This document shows positions 28,122 to 36,701 of a stretch of DNA of 58,220 nt, one piece after another. The stretch spans positions 1-58,220 of the IMG/VR virus record IMGVR_UViG_3300043486_000004. One strand, written 5' to 3'. The notes beneath the pieces are model-generated. The model was not told where the DNA came from. It worked only from the letters and a program-made list of their open reading frames with translations, and searched no databases. Source of the DNA: a virus. Taxonomy: Duplodnaviria > Caudoviricetes. Made by a program: the position numbers and the translations under genes. The first letter of the stretch is position 1. Each line of letters begins with the position of its first letter.

Positions 28122-28871
28122 TCAGCCGATCCCGACCAGTCCTTGGATGTCGATGCCCTGTTCGCGCATGCTGGATGCGAGAAGCATTTCGCCCAAGTCG
28201 ATGCGGCTGGTGCCACTCGGCAAGGGGATATCGTCGAAGTGGATCACGCCACGACGGAAGACTTGGATGGTGACTTCGCCCGTCGTGGACGGAACGAAGG
28301 CTTCATCGGGAGCCCACAGGAAGCCGTTGATGACATCGCCGGTCTGAGTTGCGTCGCCAGCCTGGCTGGTGGCCAACACGGGGTCGCTACCTGCGGAGAT
28401 CCCGGTGAAGTCGGCCGTGATCGTGATGTCTTGGCCGGCGAGGGTGCCGCCCCAATTCAGCGTGACCACGGCGCTCGCCACACCCAGGTTTGCACCAGTG
28501 GTGGCAACGGCCGTCACGTCGCCAGGGGCGATGTTGCTCATCGCCTCGAGCGCCGCTTGGATGATCGCGGCCGTGGCGTTGAACGCGATGGGAGCGCTGG
28601 TGACGCCGTTCACCGTGAGGGTGAAGTCGCCAGCCGTTGCCGGCGTGGCGGCGTGCGCGGTAATGGTGTTGATCTCGTCCGTCTCACCGACCCAAACCTT
28701 CCACGTCTTCGTGGTGTTGTCGATGTACAGCGGCGTCAGGTTTGGCATCGCAGTGGCCGATCCTTGCTGGGCCAAGGTGCCAGGGTAGATCCCGTTGGCG
28801 CTGGGGAAGGCTCGCAGGGCCTGGGTTTGCGCGACCTCGGGACCCCACAATTCTTTCGGTTGAAGTGTCAT
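28122..28871 (-). CDS. Head decoration protein with inserted accessory domain
   Basis: Between protease and MCP (lambda D position); insert highly similar to the tail-tube insert. Confidence 0.75.
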   Translation of the reverse strand: MTLQPKELWGPEVAQTQALRAFPSANGIYPGTLAQQGSATAMPNLTPLYIDNTTKTWKVWVGETDEINTITAHAATPATAGDFTLTVNGVTSAPIAFNATAAIIQAALEAMSNIAPGDVTAVATTGANLGVASAVVTLNWGGTLAGQDITITADFTGISAGSDPVLATSQAGDATQTGDVINGFLWAPDEAFVPSTTGEVTIQVFRRGVIHFDDIPLPSGTSRIDLGEMLLASSMREQGIDIQGLVGIG

Positions 28872-28940
28872 GTGACTTACGTATTCCTTGGTTTGTTTTT
28901 GTGTGCTTGGGTTTGTTTCAGTCAGTCTGAGGACTGAAGA

Positions 28941-30038
28941 TCAGTCGGACTTCTTCGTCGATCTGGCGTAGCCGCGACGCTCCGCGATGATCTCGCCGAT
29001 CGATTGGCCTTCCTTGACGCGCGACTTGTGCAAGGTCGTCTCGTCGCTGGAATCTTCGTCGTCTTCCGACTTCTTGATCTTTTCCGGAGCGTTGGTGCGC
29101 TTCTTCGCCTTGAAGAGCTGGCGCTTCAGCACCTTGACTTCCTGGGTGTCGCTCTTCTCGACATTCGCCTCGTCGTCGGTCGGTTCGGTCTCGAGCAGCG
29201 ACTTGCGCATTTCCGAGATCTCGGCCGCCGTCAACTTGCCGGCCGCAAGCTTGGTCTTGAGTTCGTACACGCGCATCGACTTCTCGAATTTCTCGAGATC
29301 GACGGGGTTCGAAGGATCGCCTTCGAAATCCGGGGGAACGATTTCGGCCTTGATGGCCGGCTTTGTTTCCTCGGTCTTGACAGATCCCTTGAGCAGCGTG
29401 CGGATTTCTTCCGTGTGCGCCTTCAGGAGTGCCAGCAGTTCTTCCTTGTCCATTTTGATCTTGTCCTTCTTGCCGAGTGCCGCGCTCAATCGCTCGGCAA
29501 CGCGCTGGGATGCAGCCTTTGTGTCTACTTGCTCGACGGCTGCGGTGCCGAACAATGAAACGCCATCCCAACCTTCCTCGCGGAAGGCTTTACGGAGTGC
29601 GGGGTCGTCGATCTGGAAAACGGCGCCCCATGCTCCGGTGAGATCACCAGCGGGCTTGCCGTCGTATTGTTTCCAGTTTTTGAATCTCTCGTCACCCTTC
29701 GCGACGATGAATGATTCCGCCAGGTAAGCCTGGGACTTGGTGAGCTTCTCACCTTCGTGTTCGATGTCGATTTCTTGGAAGTCGCGCATGTAATCGCGCT
29801 GCATCTTCTTGATGACCGAGGCCTCGGCGAAGTCTCCGTCGCTGTCGGGCTTGTTCGGTGCGTACACCACGGCCAGCAATTCGCCCTCTTCGATGCGGTC
29901 GCCCTTCACCAAGGTCTGCATCTCGATTGTTCCTTCGTCGCCGCCCGCCTTGTCGGATTTGAAGAGGGTCTTGAGGCCGTTCTTTCCGCGCCGGCACAGG
30001 GCCACGCACGTAATCTTGGCGCGCTTGATTTTCTTCAT
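28941..30038 (-). CDS. XkdF-type prohead protease fused to scaffold
   Basis: VYAPNKPDSDGD, IDIEH, ESFI, GAW, GVSLFG; charged helical C-terminus. Confidence 0.85.
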   Translation of the reverse strand: MKKIKRAKITCVALCRRGKNGLKTLFKSDKAGGDEGTIEMQTLVKGDRIEEGELLAVVYAPNKPDSDGDFAEASVIKKMQRDYMRDFQEIDIEHEGEKLTKSQAYLAESFIVAKGDERFKNWKQYDGKPAGDLTGAWGAVFQIDDPALRKAFREEGWDGVSLFGTAAVEQVDTKAASQRVAERLSAALGKKDKIKMDKEELLALLKAHTEEIRTLLKGSVKTEETKPAIKAEIVPPDFEGDPSNPVDLEKFEKSMRVYELKTKLAAGKLTAAEISEMRKSLLETEPTDDEANVEKSDTQEVKVLKRQLFKAKKRTNAPEKIKKSEDDEDSSDETTLHKSRVKEGQSIGEIIAERRGYARSTKKSD

Positions 30039-30131
30039 GGCAAGGTACATCCCTGACAGATACGATCGAAGCGGGCGATCCAAATGCCGAGATTCCAAAG
30101 CGCAGGGATACAGCTATCCCGATAGGACACC

Positions 30132-31742
30132 ATGGACGTTGAAGTCAGGAACGGAAGCGCCAACATTGAACCGACCGGCCGCGTCTCGATTCACGAGCGC
30201 AAGAACCAGGATCTGTACAAAGACGAAGGCTCGCTGCTGCGCAAGTTGCACAAGGCAGAGAAGCTCCCTGTCAACGACAAGAACACCGAGGATGTGACGG
30301 GTGACACGCCTTCGAATCAAGGTGTGTCAAGTGGGGTGCGTCCCCATCTGATAAACAAACAAAACGCCAGGGAACTACTCGAGTTCAACCCGACGCACGC
30401 TGTTTGCATCGATGCCAAGGTGACATCTACGCTGGGCCTGGGTCACAGGGATCAGGCGATCCACAAGACTCTAGACCCTCTCACGCGCTTCTCCTGGCAA
30501 GACGTTCTGACCGCAGCGGGGCAGGACTATTGGGAAGGTGGCGATGCTTTCATTGAGCTGGTACACGATGACGACGACTTGAACGTAATCGTCGGAATCA
30601 ATCACATCGACGCGATCCAAGTTCACGTTGAGGTTGAGGAGCAAGACAACGCGCGCGATTGGCATTACGTGGTGCAAGGTGAGGGCCTAGCCTACCAAAC
30701 CCAGATGGCCCGCTTCGGTGATTTGAAGGACATGCGCGAGCGCTTCAATGTCACGGACAAGTCCGTAGGCAAGCCAAACAAAGAGAGCGAAGGCACTGGA
30801 GTTCGCGAGGCTCAGGGCAGCTTGAATGCCAATGATGCAAGGCTACGTCGTCGCTCCATCGGTGCCGTGGTGAACTCGTCGCTCATCCACATCCGCCAAC
30901 CCACGAACCGTTCCTGGTTCTACGGCTTCCCCGACTACCTGAGCGCTACGCCTTCGATCGAACTTGTGCAGTGCATGACGCAGCACGAATTCGATTTCTT
31001 CTTCAATCGCGGCGTGCCCGAGTTCTTGCTGTTCCTGATCGGCAAGAACCTGGGCGACAAAGCTTGGAAACAAATCGAAGCCATGATGGCGGCCAACCGT
31101 GGCCTTGGGAACTCGCACCGTACTGGTGCGGTCCACATCCCTGGGGATGCTGAAGGGATCAAGGTGCAAGTCGAGAAGCTTGCGATGGACGATCAGGGCA
31201 AGGACGCCTTCGCGGATAACTCCATGGCACTGGCCATGAACATCGCCACGGCCCACGGCGTTCCGCCGATCCTGGCCAACATCCTTTTGCCTGGCAAGAT
31301 CGGCGCTGCGAACGAAGGCCCGAATGCGCTGCTATTGTTCCAGAAGCGCAAGCTGGGACAGGCACAGAAGATCTTCAGCGCGATGTTTGCGCAGACCTTG
31401 GGAAGCGGCATCAAGCTGGCGCAACCCGAGGGCAAGCCGAAGACGCTTACTAGCGCGCAATTCCTCGGGGAGACAAACAAACCCAAGCCGAATCCGATGG
31501 ATCCGATGAGCGCCATGGGTGCCACGGACGAGAACGGGCAGCCGATCTTCCTTCAGCCTGGCAACGGCTTCAACACCGTGCTGGACGGCATGACGTTGGG
31601 CGCGCAGGACACGCTCAGCCGCATGAAGGAACCGCTTGCGACCTCGGACCGCAATCCAAACGACGGGCTCCTGGGCAGCGGCAAAGATCGCAAGGCCGGC
31701 GATCGTAAGAAGGCTACCGTCAAGCCCAAGCCGAAGAAGTAA
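30132..31742 (+). CDS. Portal protein (PBSX-like)
   Basis: HAVCIDAK, DYWEGGDAFIE, FYGFPDY, FFFNRGVP, IATAHGVPP. Confidence 0.88.
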   Translation: MDVEVRNGSANIEPTGRVSIHERKNQDLYKDEGSLLRKLHKAEKLPVNDKNTEDVTGDTPSNQGVSSGVRPHLINKQNARELLEFNPTHAVCIDAKVTSTLGLGHRDQAIHKTLDPLTRFSWQDVLTAAGQDYWEGGDAFIELVHDDDDLNVIVGINHIDAIQVHVEVEEQDNARDWHYVVQGEGLAYQTQMARFGDLKDMRERFNVTDKSVGKPNKESEGTGVREAQGSLNANDARLRRRSIGAVVNSSLIHIRQPTNRSWFYGFPDYLSATPSIELVQCMTQHEFDFFFNRGVPEFLLFLIGKNLGDKAWKQIEAMMAANRGLGNSHRTGAVHIPGDAEGIKVQVEKLAMDDQGKDAFADNSMALAMNIATAHGVPPILANILLPGKIGAANEGPNALLLFQKRKLGQAQKIFSAMFAQTLGSGIKLAQPEGKPKTLTSAQFLGETNKPKPNPMDPMSAMGATDENGQPIFLQPGNGFNTVLDGMTLGAQDTLSRMKEPLATSDRNPNDGLLGSGKDRKAGDRKKATVKPKPKK

Positions 31743-32314
31743 TGGCGAGCGAACTCGAGCGCGCCGGCAAAGTGCGCCGGATGTACGAGCGCATCCTCGA
31801 GCGTCTAGGCGCAGAGGAGATGGAACGAGTCAAAGCCTTCATTGGCTCCAAGACGCTGCGAGACGCGCTCGAGCTGATCGTGGACGCGCCTGAAGCTCGA
31901 GCTGAGCTTTTCATTCCGCACTACTGGGCCGTGTACTACCACGACGGGCGCGGGCCGTTGGTGCCGGTCAACGCAAACAAACTTGTCTTCTTTGCCGATC
32001 CGAAAGATGACCCTCGCCTGGTGAACGGCTATCCGGTGCGCGCGACGGACATTATTCGGCTCACCAAGGAAGACTATCAGGCGGGCCTGGCCGAGAACGC
32101 GCGCCGTCGCGCGAACGGCGAGGGGCCGTTTATGTTTGTGCTGGATACAGTCGGCCCCGCGAAAGCCAGACCCTTCTTCGAAGAGCTGGCGCGCGGGGCA
32201 GCAGACAGGGCCTCAGATGTGGTCTTGGCCGAGTTTGACGACTTTATCCAGGACCTTGTTGACACCGACCCTGACTTGCAGGGGGAGCGATCGGAGGCCA
32301 CGGGCCATCTGTAG
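31742..32314 (+). CDS. Putative neck/tail-completion protein
   Basis: PHYWAVYYHDGRGP...GPAKARPFF; TAATG coupling to the portal gene. Confidence 0.6.
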   Translation: MASELERAGKVRRMYERILERLGAEEMERVKAFIGSKTLRDALELIVDAPEARAELFIPHYWAVYYHDGRGPLVPVNANKLVFFADPKDDPRLVNGYPVRATDIIRLTKEDYQAGLAENARRRANGEGPFMFVLDTVGPAKARPFFEELARGAADRASDVVLAEFDDFIQDLVDTDPDLQGERSEATGHL

Positions 32315-32474
32315 GGAACTCAGGCGTCTGGTAGTGCGGATAAAACTGGCCGCCGCAGCACGCGCAGAATTGTTTGCGCTTCTTGGTGTAGCTGTCGTAC
32401 CTTGTGTACCTGATCGTGTACATGCAAGTGCCGCACGGCGTTTGATCCAGTTGAGCTGTTGCCGGCTTTTCCAT
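32244..32474 (-). CDS. Small Zn-finger protein
   Basis: MEKPATAQLDQTPCGTC...CACC; TAATG coupling to the upstream gene. Confidence 0.5.
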   Translation of the reverse strand: MEKPATAQLDQTPCGTCMYTIRYTRYDSYTKKRKQFCACCGGQFYPHYQTPEFPTDGPWPPIAPPASQGRCQQGPG

Positions 32475-32956
32475 TAGACCGGCAGCTTGGATTCTTTCCA
32501 CATGCCGTTGCCTTGCTTGAAATACTTCTCGGCAATAACCCACACGCCATCCTCGCGCATGAAGCCCCATTCGCGACAGCGGCGGCCGGCGAATACCAAA
32601 GTAACTATCGGTGTACGCGACAGCCATGTGATTCGGTGAAGGCCCGTAGCCGGCTTTCGATTGATCCATTGCACGGCATGTTCGGTGACAAACAAACGAT
32701 TCTCGGCCAGCTCCGTAGCGATCTGTTCGGTGTACCAGCCGCGCAGCAAGACGCTGACGAAGGGCCAGGGATGATCGTGCAAGTCGCGGCCGGAATCCGT
32801 GCTGTAGATCCAGTGGATATACACACCAAACCAAGGGGTCTGAATGATCCTGAAGCGCTTGAGGTAGAGCGAGAGATCCGAGTTGCGCAGGATCAGCCAG
32901 GAGAAGATTGCCCATCGCGGACCTTGCCGCGCATCCTCAGGTTTTTGTTCGACCAC
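32474..32956 (-). CDS. Cupin-fold (dioxygenase-like) protein
   Basis: LHDHPWPFVSVLLRGWYTE, HRI, TLVF.G..REWGF; start uncertain. Confidence 0.7.
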   Translation of the reverse strand: MVEQKPEDARQGPRWAIFSWLILRNSDLSLYLKRFRIIQTPWFGVYIHWIYSTDSGRDLHDHPWPFVSVLLRGWYTEQIATELAENRLFVTEHAVQWINRKPATGLHRITWLSRTPIVTLVFAGRRCREWGFMREDGVWVIAEKYFKQGNGMWKESKLPV

Positions 32957-33533
32957 GACGCTTGCCTTTGTTTGGGAGGGTTTGCCAGTAGGCCCAGCGG
33001 GCCAGCAGGATCGCGTCACCGACGTGCTTCCACTCCTGGCCTTTGATGTTGCTCAGGTGGTGCGGGATGCGCTCAGGGACGGCGTAGGCAGCAGAGCCTT
33101 TGCCGTGCAGAACATATCCCATGCCTAGTTGCTGGTAAAGCCGCGCTTGCATCGCTGACTTCGCGACGCCGCCTTTCCACAGCTCCGGTGCCGGGAATTC
33201 AACGTGGTGATAGCCACGGCCGCGAAGGATTCCCAGGATTGCACCAGCTACGTTGCCAAGCACAACAATGTCTTGCGGACGGGTGTGGATGTTGCCACCA
33301 GTCCGCTGAAGGGTCTGCGCCTCCACGGCGAAGAAATGAATGTCATTGCACCGTGGAAACAAAGGGATGCCTTGAAACAAATCAGCTATGTGCAGTTGCA
33401 CAGATTGTTGCTGAGTGCCCTTGGACTTCGGCGTCTTCACTACCCATGCGTGTTCCGGCTGATTGTGAAGATGGTCCCACGTTGCGATAGCGGTGCAATG
33501 CAGATCGGGGTCGATGCCGACGAAGGTTGTCAT
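32937..33533 (-). CDS. RuvC-like Holliday junction resolvase
   Basis: VGIDPD, AVEAQ, PELWKGGVAK, DAILLA. Confidence 0.8.
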   Translation of the reverse strand: MTTFVGIDPDLHCTAIATWDHLHNQPEHAWVVKTPKSKGTQQQSVQLHIADLFQGIPLFPRCNDIHFFAVEAQTLQRTGGNIHTRPQDIVVLGNVAGAILGILRGRGYHHVEFPAPELWKGGVAKSAMQARLYQQLGMGYVLHGKGSAAYAVPERIPHHLSNIKGQEWKHVGDAILLARWAYWQTLPNKGKRRGRTKT

Positions 33534-33536
33534 TGT

Positions 33537-34127
33537 TTAGACCCCCACACAGTATGGTTCCACGCGCCATTTGAATTTGCACTCTTGGCACTCGTGCGTG
33601 TGGTGCGGGCGCGTGGCCCATTCGCCAAGGTCCATGTGTCTGTAGTTGCACTTGGGGCAGACCAGCAGGGTACGCATGGGCTTGTGGCGCGTGACGGCAT
33701 TGTTTAGACGCCTGAATGCGTACTGCAATTGTCTCTCGTTACCACAGTCACAGATTGTTTTGGCTATGTGAATAACTTGTGGTCCTCCATCTTGATGGAT
33801 CGTGAGGAGTACAGCTCCGATGTGGCTGGGATAGAACTCCATGACCATGCAATCAAGCATTGTCCGCTGGAGGTCCACAGGCAGATCGCTCTCAGTGTCC
33901 GTGATCGTGGCGAAGCTTTTGTTGCAGGTTGAGCACACTCTGTAGGCAAGCCACATCGGGCGGCCTTTGAACACTCGCTCTTCGATGATCTCCGAACTAC
34001 TGCGAGGTCTGTAGCTTCGCAAAGCTTCGTAAAAGTTATCCTTTGTTTCCTCGCACATCTTCTGAAATGTTTGCGCAGGCTGGCAGTCAGGATACTTCCC
34101 AAACAAATAGTCGTAGTGATTGCTCAT
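33537..34127 (-). CDS. Hypothetical protein with several CxxC motifs
   Basis: CSTC, CPKC, HHTHECQEC. Confidence 0.7.
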   Translation of the reverse strand: MSNHYDYLFGKYPDCQPAQTFQKMCEETKDNFYEALRSYRPRSSSEIIEERVFKGRPMWLAYRVCSTCNKSFATITDTESDLPVDLQRTMLDCMVMEFYPSHIGAVLLTIHQDGGPQVIHIAKTICDCGNERQLQYAFRRLNNAVTRHKPMRTLLVCPKCNYRHMDLGEWATRPHHTHECQECKFKWRVEPYCVGV

Positions 34128-35020
34128 TTCTTCTTCGCCAGGAATTTCTCTACGCTGTTCCAGTGGTCAGAGCACTTCAACAAAAGACTGCGATCAAGCT
34201 CCTGATCTGCAACCTTGGCCTCCCACAGCTTCTTGACCAGCAGCGCTTTGATCCGCGACTCGAGCATTGTTTCAATGCGCTTGGGATCAAGTGCGTCAAG
34301 CTCCCAACAGCGAATGCCGTGGGTCTTCTTGTACTCTTTGAAACGGCTGTCCGATGCCTTGGCCGGGTTCGGCGGCAGCTTGTACTTCTTCACCTGATCC
34401 ATGTTGAGCGCGATGCGCTGGATCTCTGTCTCGGCACCAAACAAAGCCAGGCGATCTTCGATGTCGCGTGTCATGTCGATGCCGCTCGGATCGTGGTCCC
34501 CAAGATGAATCACGACCACTGGCTTGGCATAGTCGATGTGGCGCATGGCTGCGCGCCACAACTCGGACTGGGACGTGTAGCCACGGCAGGAGAAGTAAGG
34601 CACATCGTACTGGTCGCACACGCGCTCAATCACCCCGGTGAGCGCGTCCTTCTCGATCCAGACCTCCGCTTGGTGCGGCTGGCTTTCCCACAGATCAAGG
34701 CTGTAGCCGTCTGCCGCCAACTGGATCACTTCGCCAGGATCAGCCCAGTGCGACTTGCCGCGCAGGTTGCGCGTACGGTCCTCGATCGCGTTCCAATCCA
34801 CGCGGCCGGCGAGACGTGCGTTGTTGATCGTGACACCGAGGGTCTTGTAACTCTTGAGATTGTTCGGGATCAACTCCCTGGCTACAAACTGATAGTAGAG
34901 CTGGCGCAGCGTGAGCACGAAGCCTGCGGCTGAATACTCGGCGATGATTTTGTTTGCGTTTTCAATCATAGCCGTGGCCTTACGATTGAAGCGCTTCTGG
35001 ACGTATTCGATGCAGGGCAT
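34124..35020 (-). CDS. Winged-helix + TOPRIM protein (Topo VI-A/Spo11-like)
   Basis: LTLRQLYYQ, EVWIEKDAL, RGYTS, GDHDPSG, WELDALDP. Confidence 0.8.
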   Translation of the reverse strand: MPCIEYVQKRFNRKATAMIENANKIIAEYSAAGFVLTLRQLYYQFVARELIPNNLKSYKTLGVTINNARLAGRVDWNAIEDRTRNLRGKSHWADPGEVIQLAADGYSLDLWESQPHQAEVWIEKDALTGVIERVCDQYDVPYFSCRGYTSQSELWRAAMRHIDYAKPVVVIHLGDHDPSGIDMTRDIEDRLALFGAETEIQRIALNMDQVKKYKLPPNPAKASDSRFKEYKKTHGIRCWELDALDPKRIETMLESRIKALLVKKLWEAKVADQELDRSLLLKCSDHWNSVEKFLAKKK

Positions 35021-35673
35021 TAGAGGCGACTCCAGCCGGTGATCTTGGTGCGCTCCGGGCAGATGTCCAGGATCTGATAGAAGCGACAGACAGCGTACGC
35101 CTGGGTATAGCAGTCATCGACGGCGCTGTGCGCGATCAATTCATGTTGTTCTAGAGGCCAGTTGCGTTCCTTCAACTCCTCAGAGAACTTGGCTTTCAAC
35201 TTCTTCAGGTCGGGGCCCTTGTCCGCCACCATCTGCGAGATCGTTCGGAAGCACCGACTAGCGCGGAAGTCGAAGGGGCTCTTCAGATCGTGGCGTGCGC
35301 AAGCCTCATCGATCAGGCGCTCATCGAATAGCGGTCCGTTCGACCATACACTGGTGATCGGCTCGCCGTGAATCTGGCACCAGTCCTGTAGTCGGCGCAG
35401 TGCTGAGCCAAGGGTAACGTACTTGTCCTTTGGTTGCCCAAACAATGCAACACGGGCCTGTTCGGTTTGTGACATCCACCACTTGACGGTAGAGGGCTCA
35501 ATGTTGCCAGGTGAGGCGCTGCCCTCAAGGTCGATCAGGACGTGAAAAGCCCTGGTGTCGCGGGGCTCCATGATCTTCAGCTTCAGCGGATCAAACCGCA
35601 GCGCGCCGATGGAACAAATTGCGGCGTTCGGTCCTGTACCGAGCGTCTCGAGGTCAAGCATCATATGGGACAT
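35020..35673 (-). CDS. DEDD 3'-5' exonuclease
   Basis: MLDLETLG, WSNGPLFD, RCFRT, HSAVDDCYTQ. Confidence 0.88.
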   Translation of the reverse strand: MSHMMLDLETLGTGPNAAICSIGALRFDPLKLKIMEPRDTRAFHVLIDLEGSASPGNIEPSTVKWWMSQTEQARVALFGQPKDKYVTLGSALRRLQDWCQIHGEPITSVWSNGPLFDERLIDEACARHDLKSPFDFRASRCFRTISQMVADKGPDLKKLKAKFSEELKERNWPLEQHELIAHSAVDDCYTQAYAVCRFYQILDICPERTKITGWSRL

Positions 35674-35681
35674 TGTTTGTG

Positions 35682-35906
35682 TTAGCTCAGGGGAATGACA
35701 GGAGGATCACCAGGGTTGACCTCTAAAAGAAGGTCTTGACCACATAATATACGCATGCGGCTGGCGTTGTACTTGGGAATCTTGCGGCAGGCCTGAAGCG
35801 CTGCGCGAGCTGCGCTGAGCGTGGGACGCGGCTTGCCGAGAGGAAACCATCCAATGATCTCGCCGAGTTGCAGCTCGACTTCGATTGTGTAGCCGGGACG
35901 GATCAT
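35682..35906 (-). CDS. Hypothetical protein
   Basis: 74-aa ORF filling the gap in the operon. Confidence 0.55.
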   Translation of the reverse strand: MIRPGYTIEVELQLGEIIGWFPLGKPRPTLSAARAALQACRKIPKYNASRMRILCGQDLLLEVNPGDPPVIPLS

Positions 35907-35924
35907 TGGATGGTTTTTGTTTGC

Positions 35925-36443
35925 CTAGCAGTCGCAGCAGTTTTCGACGCAAGCCTCGCAATTTTCTCTAGCTGCCTTCTCCTCCAAGTCTGTGGAGGTT
36001 GCGAAGGCCCCATTCATCAACGAGCGGAAGTCGTCGTAGTTGGCGACGGTTTCGTTGTACGTTGCCCAGCAGTCGGCGATTTGATCCGCAGTGGTGCAGC
36101 CGACAAGGCAGCGTTCGCGCTTGGCCGCTGCGCTGACCATCATGCCGTCAACCGTGGTGTTGAAGCTCTCGCACTCGGCGCACTCATCTGCGTTGATCTG
36201 CACCAGCTTCGCTTGGTACGTGGCCCAGCACGAAAACAAACAATTCATATTGACTGAGCAGCCTGGCTGGTTCGTGCATGACGGCCACGGAAGGGCAACC
36301 GTTGTCACGTCGAAATTGCAGTAGCGGTTGCATTCGGTGTGGGAGAATGAGGCCAACGCAGGGGCGGCCACGCTACGCGGAGTGAAGCTCAGCAAGCTGC
36401 CCAGGAACAGCGCGGCCAACACTAAAACAATAAGCTTTCTCAT
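35925..36443 (-). CDS. Secreted cysteine-rich protein
   Basis: Signal peptide MRKLIVLVLAALFLGSLL; numerous Cys; ends CEACVENCCDC. Confidence 0.75.
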   Translation of the reverse strand: MRKLIVLVLAALFLGSLLSFTPRSVAAPALASFSHTECNRYCNFDVTTVALPWPSCTNQPGCSVNMNCLFSCWATYQAKLVQINADECAECESFNTTVDGMMVSAAAKRERCLVGCTTADQIADCWATYNETVANYDDFRSLMNGAFATSTDLEEKAARENCEACVENCCDC

Positions 36444-36548
36444 CGGGGTTTTGGTAATTGTTGAGGGGTCTTCGGGTTGCAATTTAGATGTTCGGAATGT
36501 GTCGGCCGTCGCCATCAATTCTCACATGATTGTTTACAGTGTCCAAGA

Positions 36549-36701
36549 TCATTTGAGCATCCCGTAGTGCTCAGAACAACTTGCAATTATGTAGACTCCA
36601 TTGTCGCTGTTATAGATACATTGAACAATGATGCAGAGCTTGGTGCATTGGAAATCACACGTCTCTCGCTGTTGGACTATCGTTGCAGTGTCGCCTATCA
36701 C
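36549..36701 (-). CDS. Small Cys-containing hypothetical protein
   Basis: GTGA overlap with the polymerase stop; 50 aa. Confidence 0.35.
   Translation of the reverse strand: MIGDTATIVQQRETCDFQCTKLCIIVQCIYNSDNGVYIIASCSEHYGMLK

Noticed and set aside
26906-28273. Long antisense ORFs (455 aa here; also 8693-9628, 28095-28937, 34043-34933)
   Set aside because: Shadow frames of GC-rich genes on the opposite strand, with no recognisable motifs.
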